From assembly GCF_964204645.1 (NCBI RefSeq), contig NC_134027.1, forward strand, positions 1,954,485 to 2,018,484: a stretch of DNA of 64,000 nucleotides, read 5' to 3'. The stretch comes from Tubulanus polymorphus. Its lineage: Eukaryota > Animalia > Nemertea. Each line of letters begins with the position of its first letter. Position 1 is the first letter of the stretch. A program made the position numbers and the translations under genes. The notes below the pieces were generated by a model. The model searched no databases. It was given only the letters and a program-made list of their open reading frames with translations, and was not told the DNA's origin. Below are positions 13,611 to 27,083 of this stretch, piece by piece.

Positions 13611-14109
13611 TTCTGCAGTTTATGTCGGCGCCTTTAAATCTAAAAAACAATGGAAATTATAGTATTTCAATAAAACAGGTGTTGAGCAAGTTTTACTACG
13701 TCTCTAATTGTTGAGTGATGAGAGTGGCCTCTGTATATTGCGTGTACTAAAGAGCTTGCGTGAAGTCATGATAGCGATATTCTACTGGCATTAAAGGTTC
13801 TCTGTGAACACAGGGCTCTAGGCTTGCATTAGTCTCAGAGCTGTGGGAAAGTGACCTAAACTACAGTTACACCCAGGTGTGTTTATTTCTAATAAAAAGA
13901 TTTAGTTATTTTGAAATTGATTTGAAGGTTGGCCTACTTTTAACTCTATTGAAGCGTTCTATTACAAACATCACTCACAGAGCTAGGTCCTATGTCTCAA
14001 TTCTCATCGGGAGGAGAGATGAGTGAAAACAGGAGTATGCGATGACAGGTATTCCGGCAGCAACCATCGAATTTAGAAACATTTTACATTTGGATTTCAA
14101 TTTTTTTGA

Positions 14110-14230
14110 TGGGCGCGGCCATTTTGATTATGTCAATAAACCGGATTCGGACTCGCGTTAGTACGGACACTGTGTGGACACTGTTCCGCATCCACACATG
14201 TCACATGATCTAAAAATGGCAGCCACCGTA
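14110..14230. promoter_or_regulatory. Bidirectional promoter between MFSD3 and MDP1
   Basis: Start codons diverge ~680 bp apart. There is a local GC/CpG patch with outward-facing YY1-type motifs (GGCCATTTT ~14117; AAAATGGC ~14213) and a TCACATGA E-box at ~14201. Confidence 0.6.
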
Positions 14231-14291
14231 GATTTTGACAGCTGAAGAATCTAGATCCTCTTTTAAAACTAATTCACGATTTATTGTCGTA

Positions 14292-15761
<1,470 letters not shown>

Positions 15762-16454
15762 GTCTCTATTTAATTATATAATTTTAGTTGATACATTTTA
15801 TCAAGGAGAGTATTTTAGTTGATGTTTGTACCTGCGTTTAAGTTCTCATATACCTATCATGTAATACTTAATGCTATTGTTCTATTAAATTTTCAAAGTT
15901 TATAACACGTAATGAGTTCGTTATCTGTATTCAATAAAAAGGAAGAATTGACTTTCTCATCTCCACCACTCTATTAGAATGAATCATTCGTGCTGAGAAA
16001 TATCACCTCTTGAAATCTACGTCTTCCAACAAATTACCGGATCAAATCCACAAAATACCAATAATGCGTGTATAGCCTATTTATTATTAATCTGTATATA
16101 TGGAGTTTACAATAAACGGTGTATAAGGATTTTGGTCCATACTAATTCATGTAAATAACATCGGGATAAACAAATATATGAACAAGACATTTCATATAAA
16201 ATGCTAGCCTTAACATTCAAAACTATAAGCATCACAGAAAAGAACATAATGGCATAGGTTAATGAGTCGTCAATAATACTTCATTAAAAGCCTCAACGTT
16301 AGCACATCATAAAGATAAACTATTAACAGGGAAATCACAGCTAATGAGCTGTGAATGAATTTGATTTTAAACCGGCGTTTGCTGTTATAGAATAGTTTTC
16401 AATGAACTGTATATTTATCGATCGCAAATCATCGAATCCTTGTAGTGTAATGAA

Positions 16455-19400
16455 CTATTTCTGGTGCCACTTGTATGTGCCTGTGTACGCGAAATTATGC
16501 TTCGTGCATAAATCATCTGCCTCACGAGGTCCGCGCCTGTAAAATACAGCAGAATTATTTTACATTTTCATTAACAATGAAATCTATGGAAGAAACAAAG
16601 AAGGCAGAGCGGAGATGATTTAATGCACTACAAAAAGTTTTCAAGCTACAAATTACCTTCCGAATTCGTAATGATGAGGTTTGATTTTTTCCGCTTCAAT
16701 CTGGTGCAGGACGGGTGTGAAAATACGCCACGCTTCGGCCAATTCATCAGATCTTACAAAATGAACTTGACTCCCATAAAATACATCGAGTATCAGTCTT
16801 TCGTACGCGTCGGGCATTTTAACATTCTTCAAACGAATAATAATATGTTACGCATTAATTCATACTTTGCGCCAGGTGTTTTTACATACATTTTAACGAC
16901 TCTTTTATTAATGGAACGAACAATAAAAGAATGTTGTAATATAAAATCTCACACAATGAATGAAAAAAGAAACAACTTCGATTTCGACTCTTTTCATGTA
17001 GGATTTGATCATCACAACATAGACCGAGTCGGCATCATTTATGAGAATGTCGTTCTGCGTTTACCTGATATCTGCTGCCATAAGTTAAATCTAATTCAGT
17101 CTCTTCAGCGCTGAATCCCATTCCCGGTTTCTTTGTCATCATTTTCATATAAACGGCTTCACCGGGCTGCACTCGAATCACTAATTCATTCCTCTTCAGT
17201 TCACCGTCCGAAAATATATCGCCAGAAACGTCCTTGAACTGAATTCGAACTTCGGCTTTTCGTTCATTCAGAGCTAAATAGAAACGTAAATTGTTTAATA
17301 ACCTGATCCTTGACTAAAAATTCCCGGATTAAATTATAAGATATCCTCAGCAAGGGCTGTTTCTTCTCAATAAGTTCTATGTGCCACTTGTCAACAGATA
17401 GAACGAGACATCAAAATTTCACATTCTTTGATTTTCAAGAAAACAGTGGAATTCCCTTATTTTTTCTACACTAAGAAATAAGTCAAAAATTCCCTGATTA
17501 TCCCTGATCTTTGAGAACCCTAAACACCATCGAATTACTTCAAATTATATTTGAATAATAACTGATCCATTAATTCTGCGTAATTACCTTTGCCACATCT
17601 GAGAATGAATGGAACACCGTCCCATCTTTCATTCTTCACATGAACAACTCCACACGCGTAAGTAGGAGTGATCGAGTCTAAACAATCAAAAAATTAATAT
17701 CATGTTAATACTACAGCAAAATATGATACAAAGAACAAGTACTATGAATGATAATGTAATATACCATTAGGTACAGTTGGATCATCTAAATATGATTCTT
17801 TTTCCTCTCCAACACCATCAGGTTTACCCACGTATTGTCCTATAACCAAGTCTTCGAGTTTCATTGGAGAAATACTCTTTAGAACCTTCACCTGAAGAGC
17901 AGGAAATACAGAATTGATCATATACCATTCAAACATACTACAAACCATTAAACAAACAAACTGTTACCTTTTCTGTTCTAATATCCTCTGCATTCAGGCT
18001 TGGAGGTTTTTCCATTGCGACCAGTGATAAAATTTGAAGAAGATGATTTTGCATGACGTCCCTGAGAAAATAAAACAGCACCATCTAGTATCAGATACAC
18101 ACCATCTAGTATCAGATACACACCATCCAGTATCAGATGCACACCATCTAGTATCAGATACCCATGACTCATCAATGAAAGTCAATACAAACCTGATAAT
18201 TCCAAACTCATCGAAATATCCCCCTCGTCCTTGTGTTCCAATCGGTTCCTTGAATGAGATCAGCACATTGGCGATATTGTCTCGATTCCACATCGGAGCA
18301 AATATACGATTACCAAACCTGAATAAATTACAGAACATATTACAAAATTTGCCGAAGAAAATATAGCAATATCAAAAACAGTGAGACAATCCATCTCTGA
18401 TATTATTCATTGTCAAGTGACTGCCTATCCTCATATAAGAGAAAACCGAACAAAAATTGTTTAAGTTTTTTCATCGAAACAACTTAATTGCTAATAGCCA
18501 TTTTCAAATCTGTTTTTGAAAATGGCTTAAAGCGATTGTGTTGAATTGAAACATTAAATTAACTTTCATAGTCTTTTTTCATTTTTCCCCCCTCTTACCT
18601 GACTACTATCAGATTTTGCACCATTTCTTTTCCTAGGTAATGATCAATGCGATATAGCTGCTCCTCTTTAAATAACGACGCCAAATGTTTCGATAGTTTA
18701 GCGGAACTCGCGGAATCTTTTCCAAATGGTTTCTCGACAATAATACGGTTCCAATGCGAGCTGAAAATGATTAACAAATTACATGAGTTATCATTTTCTA
18801 TCATTCAACGTAAATTATGTGATAAAGTCAGACTAGGATAAGTCGTCACATTTACTCAAGTTTCTAATATTGAGTAATTCCAGTAATCATCAACATAATG
18901 ATCGTCCCAACGACTTGCGCAAGAAGTTTCACTGTATTCAGTTAACTTACTCTGGTGACATGAGTTGCTCTTTAATATGGGTGGATACAGGTTCAAATAC
19001 ACTCGGAGGTAGTGCCAAGTAAAATAATAAATGAGCTGGTCCTTTTGAGTGAAGATTCGACTTTAAACGAGTAAAATCCTCAGATTGGTCATAACTGCCT
19101 TGAACGTAGTCATTTTTAGTGAAGAATTCATTCAGTAATTGTTCCTCTCCAGCAGCCACCTGTTAAGATAGAACATTTTTCTACTTTCAAAATCATGCTG
19201 CATCATTTCAAGTAAAGCAAATTTCACTCTAAACTCCGACAATTGCAAAAAATAGGTCTTTGTTCCACAGTTATGGGTTAGATTTGACTCAAGGATTTAA
19301 ACATTTCAACTCCGAGAGTTGTTGACTCTCACAGCTCTCAAAGACTGGCTCCAGTCTGCACAGTCATGTCACAGACCAGTCTAACCTCATTTTTGTTCTA

Positions 19401-20794
19401 TAACCGATCTAACAACTTAAGACCAGTCTAAGCTCATTTTGGTTCTATAACAGATCTAACAACTTAAGACCAGTCTAAGCTCATTTTGGTTCTATAACCG
19501 ATCTAACAACTTAAGACCAGTCTAAGCTCATTTTGGTTCTATAACCGATCTAACAACTTAAGACCAGTCTAAGCTCATTTTGGTTCTATAACAGATCTAA
19601 CAACTTTAGACCAGTCTAAGCTCATTTTGGTTCTATAACAGATCTAACAACTTAAGACGAGTTTAAGCCCATTTTGGTTCTATAACCAATCTAACAACTT
19701 AAGACCAGTCTAAGCTCATTTTGGTTCTATAACCAATCTAACAACTTAAGACCAGTCTAAGCTCATTTTGGTTCTATAACCAATCTAACAACTTAAGACC
19801 AGTCTAAGCTCATTTTGGTTCTATAACAGATCTAACAACTTAAGACCAGTCTAAGCTCATTTTGGTTATATAACAGATCTAACAACTTAAGACCAGTCTA
19901 AGCTCATTTTGGTTATATAACAGATCTAACAACTTAAGACCAGTCTAAGCTCATTTTGGTTATATAACAGATCTAACAACTTAAGACCAGTCTAAGCTCA
20001 TTTTGGTTCTATAACAGATCTAACAACTTAAGTCCAGTCTAAGCTCATTTTGGTTATATAACAGATCTAACAACTTAAGACCAGTCTAAGCTCATTTTGG
20101 TTCTATAACAGATCTAACAACTTAAGTCCAGTCTAAGCTCATTTTGGTTATATAACAGATCTAACAACTTAAGACCAGTCTAAGCTCATTTTGGTTCTAT
20201 AACAGATCTAACAACTTAAGACCAGTCTAAGCTCATTTTGGTTCTATAACCAATCTAACAACGTACTTACCATTTAAGACCAGTTTTGCACTTATGTCAC
20301 AACTATGGCAAACTAGCTAATGGTGTATTCATACCTTCATGTATGGTGATGCTTTCAGTCGAATATCTTCAACTGTAATTTTAGATCTAGCATATCCAAC
20401 AAATAATGTATTCTGGGGCAGAAGTCCATCTCTAAAAAGCCACCTGTACAAATGAATATCAATATAGGTCAATAACTAAATGTAATCATATTTAGAATAT
20501 AACATATATCATGTATCAGAATTCATACCATAAAGTTGGATAAATCTTTTTCTTAGCCAAATCACCCTAAAAATTAATCAAGGTACAAAATGAACGATAT
20601 CAGAGAAAGCAAACTGTATCAAATCTTGTTTTAAAACTAACTGATTTATAAGTAGGCTAATTGAAACATACCGAAGCTCCAAATATGACAAAAATATGAG
20701 TATCACTAAGTTCTTCGGGATGAAGTGAAGATTTGATCAGCTCCAAGCTTTCCAACCGTCTTAACTCATTATCAGCTTCTCCGGCTGCTGCCAT
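16455..20794 (-). CDS. G6PD: Glucose-6-phosphate 1-dehydrogenase
   Basis: Spliced translation: [11 protein letters not shown]...[19 protein letters not shown] (NADP-binding), [31 protein letters not shown] (G6PD signature), [55 protein letters not shown], ending ...YKWHQK* at 16455. Confidence 0.98.
18078..18162. repeat. 21-bp minisatellite, ~4 copies, in a G6PD intron
   Basis: CACCATCTAGTATCAGATACA repeated. Confidence 0.9.
19373..20284. repeat. 47-bp minisatellite, ~19 copies, in a G6PD intron
   Basis: Unit AGACCAGTCTAAGCTCATTTTGGTTCTATAACAGATCTAACAACTTA, starting at 19373, 19420, 19467 and so on. Confidence 0.96.
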
Positions 20795-20872
20795 CTTCAA
20801 TCTGTATCAACACTACAAGAAAATTACTCACTAAGTACTGTCAAACCCACTTAATTTCATCTAAACTGGATA

Positions 20873-20980
20873 TACAGTAAAATCTCCCCCAGTGAACACC
20901 TCTCTATAGTGAACACCTATTTATACTGAACACCTATACAAATATAACGTTTTGCCCTCAACCAAAAATGTTTAACTGTA
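20873..20980. mobile_element. Tc1/mariner-type MITE remnant
   Basis: TACAGTAAAA...TTTAACTGTA ends (TA-flanked CAGT TIR) with internal GTGAACACC repeats. Confidence 0.5.
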
Positions 20981-23288
20981 GGCCTATTCTATTGTCTCCC
21001 TATGTTTAATCAGGATTTTCTCAAAAACTGGATAGGTTTGAGGGTGAATAGTAGCTTAGATCATCCAATATCCCAGACACTGTACCTGGGAAATTGGAAA
21101 ATCTAAGCTAGCCTACTATTTACCCTTAACTCCAAATATGAGCCGCTATATGTATTTCAAAGCAACGTTCATTTGATGACTATTCAGTCATGTGTACAGT
21201 AGAGTGGGCTTAGTTACTGGCAGTCGCTATAAAACATGCAATCTGTTACACAATTTCAATTGAAATTAACAATCTTATTAAATATGAATCCAATCTCAAT
21301 TACTTACATTGATCCTAACAAAATTCCTGCCAGTAATGTATGACTTTATTTGAAGGAAGAGGCATGCAGTAAAATGGTTATTTAACACCTGAACTGGAGG
21401 GTCACGAGATCAGATAAAAGGGGAGAGAGGTTAGGGGTCTATCAATAATTATTATCTAGTAGATAACCTAACTGATATTTCAGGTCTAGACGACAACAAC
21501 ACTTGAACTGCTGGCGGTCAGATTATGAAAACTCATTATAAGCACTATTCATATGACAAACGCTGAATTTTAATACCAACATGAGTCTGACAACCTTCTT
21601 ATATTTTTAGTAATGTCACTACACAGCCTGCATGGCCAGATTCCTTAATCTAACTAACTGTTAATTCAATTCGAAGTCAGAGTCTTTAATATTATTATTA
21701 ATATTAATAATAATCAATCTGATTGATTAATAATTATATGGTTAGTTAATAATAATAGCGTTGTTGATGAAGCCAAAACCTAATTCATTAATATTATAAC
21801 GCCTTTCGGCTTTTCGCACGTACGTGAAGGTGCATCCAGTTAGATCACTGATGAAAGTAAACAGCAAAAAGTGAACACTGACTTAGAACAATTATGCTTC
21901 GTTTGAATTGATGTTTATTTTCCTTAGAGGGACCCGAATGGATAACTCCGCTATGCGTACGGATAACTCCGAGAAGGCTATTGTCCTTACGATTAACCAC
22001 TGTACTATTTATCGAAATAAAACGAAAGGGGACTGGTGCCTACGAGTACTCACATGCCACAGTAGAATTTTTTGCTGTCGAGTTCATATTCTGTTCATAC
22101 ATAGAACTATAACAGTTATATGGTTCATAGAACTCAAATCAATTGATTTGAGTTCTACTATGGTATGGTCGATCAGCAGTGCTCTTGGCCTGGTCCGGTC
22201 CAGGTGTCATCCAAAAATAATCATTAAAAATATGATTCTGATTGAATGATATATTTTTGCATTTTATCGATGTATTATGCCAACTTTGGTTTTATAGAGT
22301 CATACTTTTGATCATGCAATTTCGCGGCAATGAAGAACAAAAGGTATATACCGAGGTGGCGCTAGCGGGCGGAGAACAATTATCAAATGGTATTTGGCAA
22401 CTAGCAATTGGCAACTAGCAACTGGCATGTCCCTCCAGGTCTTCGATCCATATAATTCACTATGCGCGATGACCTATCACTACATCTACCCTCGATCTAT
22501 CGGCCACAAAAAACGCCTAAAAACAGGCGGCGCTAAATTCGGAGAGTTGTTGAGGAGAATCAAGTAATTTATCTCCAGTGGCCTTAAATTAAAGTTCTAC
22601 GATATTGTTCAGCTGGCTACTGGCGCGTGTTCTACTCGTCGGCCCTATTATAAGCTCTCGCTCAATTGTAAACCCACTCAACAATAGAGTCAAAGAGACA
22701 CAATTGCGGTATATTCACACGCCCTATTGAATACGTCACCGGTTGACCACAGTATGTATTAAGCATAGGAAACCATTCATTCACCTCCGCTCTCTCACAC
22801 TGTGCAGACATGCTTCCGTGGATTCTCCTGGCGATCATGATCCTGGCGATCTTCGCTGCGCTCCTGTTCCTGCTTCCTGAGGAACGACGTCTTTATGTTT
22901 TATGTGTTACTGTTCGTCTCCGTACTGTCCTGTACTGTTCTGTGTTCATTAACCCGTTCTATTTTTCAGCATTTAATCCGTTCTATATTTCAGGGCCGAT
23001 TTCCCTCTCGATTTTTAATATTTTATGGAACAAAACTAATATCCGAAAGTGGCGGCTCTCCTTCGCCGGTCACTTGTCAAGAATGGCAGGTAAGAGACTG
23101 CCAGGAAATGATGTCCCTACGTGCCCTCACACAGGGAATGCAAACTAGGACGACAATGCCTCGCATCATTATCTGCCTACAGTGTGTACTGAGTGACGTC
23201 AATGACTGTCGAATCTATCGGACTGCTAGGGGTAAAAGATTGAGTGGTGTGATACTGGTCACCTTTCCGGCAGGACTGTAGTTGTGTT

Positions 23289-23620
23289 CCGGCAACTAGT
23301 TAACTCTAGTTCTGGCCATTGGTCGCCTTGGTTTTCCGGCAGAACTTCTCTCCTGAGTTGTTCCGTCCGGCAACTAGTTAACTCTAGTTCTAGCCATTGT
23401 TGACCTTTGGTTTTCCGGCAGAACTTCTCTCTTGAGTAGTTCTCCGGCAACTAGGGGACTCTAGTTCTGGCCATTGGTCGCTTTGGTTTTCCGGCAGAAC
23501 TTCTCTCCTGAGTTGTTCCGTCCGGAGACTAGTTGACTCTAGTTCTGGCCATTGTTGACCTTTGGTTTTCCGGGCACTTCTATTTGTTCTCGTTCGGCAA
23601 CTAGTTAACTCTAGTTCGAC
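23289..23620. repeat. ~78-bp tandem repeat, ~4.3 copies
   Basis: CCGGCAACTAGTTAACTCTAGTTCTGGCCATTG...CCGGCAGAACTTCTCTCCTGAGTTGTTC at ~23289, 23367, 23444, 23522 and 23595. Confidence 0.9.
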
Positions 23621-24419
23621 TCAGTAAGCGCTACTCTCTTTTGTCTCTTTTCGACGAATAAGAGATTCCAGAGATTCAACCGCCGCCGGGATCTGACGAC
23701 AGCCCGTGAAGACATCACATAAAGCTAAGTTGATTTATTATTCTTGGGTTATCATCCGTAGCCTGACGGATAGCTGCTAGGGAGATTGTGGGTGCCAGTG
23801 AAGTTCGGCATCTCCATCCAATATCTAACAGCAAATGACGTGATTGGTTCCAAAATTTCCAATTGTGTACTTCGATTTTTGCAACAAATTCTGTAAATTT
23901 GATCACCGATCACACAACTATATCTGTACTTCGATTTTGGAATTCAAAATCAAACCGTTTCACTCTCAGCAGGTGTAATGGGTATGTAGTAACTGTATAC
24001 ACCAAACACTGGAGTGTTTAAGATCTCCTAAGGCCTCCCCCTGAGTCCTCTCTCCTTTAACCCCCAATAATCATCATACTGCTGTCGTCTCTGATTTTTC
24101 TATTTCCAGGTCCGCTTGAACTCCGTCAAACTCCGTCAACCCGAAAGTCGAGGCACTGCCGAATTTCCAATTAAGAAGATTCTGTAAACTCGACCGCCGA
24201 TCACACAACTATATCTGTACTTCGATTTCCGATTTAAAAACTTAGACAAAATTCTCTTTTACCTTGTAAACTTTCGGACTACATGAAAAAAAGACCAAAG
24301 AATTGTATAAATTAGACAAAATTATTCAACCTTGTAAACTTTCGGACTAATTTACATGAAGACCAAATATTGTAAAATTATCTTATTGCCAAAATCTCGA
24401 CGGGGCCGATTCAAATCAA

Positions 24420-26810
24420 ACTCAAACAACCAACCAACTTAGGAGATCCTCGCCGATAATGAACCCAGCAATCGTAAAAGGTAACTTCATAAACATGAAA
24501 TTATTACGATTAATTCTGGATGAAATATTTGTATTTACAGGATATCTTTGTTTTCTTATTTCAGCTACCGTTAATCCTATATGAAACTTCCGCGCTTGAG
24601 ATCAACAACTCGCTTAAAATCTGCCGATTGGAGAACAGCGCACAGAAAAGGCCAATTTGAATCCAATTCAACAACCGACCAACTTACGAGATACTCACCG
24701 ATAATGAACCTAGCAATCATAAAAGGTAACTTGATATACATGAAATTATCTTATATAATCTTATAATCAGTAATGATACTGAATTGTTGTACCGACTGCT
24801 CCGTCGTTACTGGATGTATCGCCCTGAAAATTTGCCCAGTGGTAGATCTAGTCTTTTTTGCTTGGTTTCCATGGAAAATGTATTTTTGAATTTATGTGGT
24901 GGGCCATTTACCAAATTTTTGTAGTCTCGCCTACTGTTCACAGAGGGCGCATGGGTCTGCTGGCATAGCCACTGACTTGAGCCAGCCACTGTTGTCACAG
25001 CTGATACAGTACGAGTTACTGCTGAGCTGGGTCATGAAACAGTTTTTCAAATGTAACAGATGATAGTAAATGAGAAAGCAATGAACCCTGCTTACTTTAA
25101 CCTACAAGGCACTGCTGCCGGTTCAAAGCAATACACTCACTGAAGTTAGCAGACTATATTGGGCGTGTTCAAATCTTCTGAGTGCAGTATAAAATTCATA
25201 CATTTTTCAGTATAAGGGCCCCAGTATCCTCGGGTACAGGTCAAGTCTCGAGATTCTGCATGTTCTCTATGGGCACGGGTGATCACACCACATAATAGGC
25301 CACTTTAAGATGCTCCTACTCAATTCACTTGCAATGAATAATAAGTTGGAAAGTTCTACGTTTAAAAATCACCCGTGGTTTCCACGGGCTTTCTACTAGT
25401 TTCGATTAATTCTGAATGAAATATTTGTATTTACAGGATATCTTTGTTCTCTCATTACAGCTTAATCCTATCTATATGAAACTGCCGCGTTTGAGATCAA
25501 CAACTTGTTTAAAATCTGCCGATAAGAAAACAGTGCAAATAAGAGGCATTTAATTATCAAAATCTACGCACCGGTCCACATTACTGATCTGATATATACC
25601 CGGCATCTTAACCTATCGTCATTAGTCTGAAACAGTGAGGAACTAATGCTACTACTACAACCAATTATTGGGGGTCGAAACTAATGTCCAATAATACACT
25701 AAAAGACAACCAAGGAGAAAAGCTGCAGATTCAGCTGCCACTGAGACTGAAATGATCTGACAACAGCCCCCAAAAATACCATATAGCATTGCATTCACCA
25801 ACCAATGACAAGGAGACGATCTGAGCCGATACTGAACATAGCAATCGTTAAAGGTAACTTGATTTACATTGAAATTATTATGATCAATGCTATATAAAGA
25901 ATTGTGTGAATATTTTCTATTAATCATTTTAGCTAAATCACATCTAAAAGGAAATGCCTAAGATTAACGAGTCGAAATCTACTGATCAGAACCGCAACAC
26001 AACTTGAATTGAACTCATCAATTCTAGCCGTTAATGAACTCAGCAATCTTGAAAGGTAGGTTGATTTACATGGAAATTATTATGGTCAATGCTATATAAA
26101 GAGTTGTGTGAATACAGGATATTTTCTTTTTTTACTCGTTTCAGCTAAAAAATCACATCCATAAAAAAAAAGCTAAGCCTAAGATTAACAAGTCAAAAAT
26201 GTTTTGAGTAGAATAGCGAACAGACGATTCCAACTTGAATTGAAATTATCAACTACCACAGAAGTCCAACTTGAATTGAAATCATCAACTACCACAACAA
26301 ATTTAACTCATGAACCAACTTAGACAATCCTAGCCGATACTAAACTCAGCATTGAAAGGTAGGTTGATTGACATTGAAAGGATTATGATTAATAAAGAAT
26401 TGTGTGATTACCGGATATTTTTTTTCACTCGTTTCAGCCAAAACATTACATCCATAAGGAAAAAGCTCATACTAAGATCAACTAACCAACTAGAATCTAC
26501 CGATTAGAACAGTCAACAGAACGAGTCCAATTCGAATTGAACTCATCGACCAAACGAGAACTCCTAGCCAATACTAAACCCATTTATCTTGAAAGGTAAG
26601 TTGATTTACATGGAAATTTATTATAATTAATGCTATATGAAGATTTGTGTATTTTGTAAGATATTGCATGATAATTGGATATCTTCTTTTACTCATTTTA
26701 GCCATAAAATCACATCTATAAGAAATAGCTCATACTAAGATCAACTAACCATCTAGAATCGAATGATTAAAGCAGCCAACAGAAGATTCCGACTTGAATT
26801 GAACTACATA
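24420..26810 (+). repeat. Diverged tandem array of six exon-intron-like modules (candidate spliced non-coding transcript)
   Basis: AAAG|GTA(A/G)(C/G)TT donors at 24481, 24726, 25854, 26056, 26359 and 26596. Matching pyrimidine-tract YAG acceptors end at 24564, 25460, 25932, 26144, 26437 and 26701. Confidence 0.75.
24749..25399 (+). mobile_element. Complete non-autonomous Helitron, 651 bp
   Basis: Begins TCTTATATAATC and ends with the hairpin CCCGTGG-TTT-CCACGGG followed by CTTTCTACTAG. It sits between A and T with no TSD. Removing it restores ATGAAATTA|TTTCGATTAATTC, which matches the neighbouring repeat unit (ATGAAATTATTACGATTAATTC). Confidence 0.9.
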
Positions 26811-26884
26811 GGCCTAGTAGTCCAGATGAGAAATTCAGCCAGCAGCAGTTTATGGCCCAATGATGGATTTCTTCTACAGTAGGT

Positions 26885-27083
26885 GGAGCACAGACAATGC
26901 GTGTCTTATAAACACTTATTCAGGAGCAGCAGAGACAATGCGTATCTTATAAACACTTATTCAGGAGCAGCACAGACAATGCGTGTCTTATAAACACTTA
27001 TTCAGGAGCAGCAGAGACAATGCGTAAACACTTATTCAGGAGCTGCACATGCATATCTTATAAACACTTATTCAGGAGCAGCA
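26885..27083. repeat. 41-bp minisatellite, ~5 copies
   Basis: GGAGCAGCACAGACAATGCGTGTCTTATAAACACTTATTCA repeated, with internal deletions in later copies. Confidence 0.9.

Noticed and set aside
16623-17114. 163-aa plus-strand ORF
   Set aside because: Antisense shadow of G6PD exons with no recognisable domain.
17978-18366. ORFs with repeated peptides (LILDGVY, SDTRWCV, HHLVSDT)
   Set aside because: Translations of the intronic 21-bp minisatellite.
19373-20284. Regular repeat array resembling CRISPR
   Set aside because: Units are contiguous with no unique spacers, there are no cas genes, and it lies in a eukaryotic intron. It is a minisatellite.
23259-23450. 63-aa repetitive ORF
   Set aside because: Derived from the 78-bp tandem repeat; the frame is not maintained across copies.
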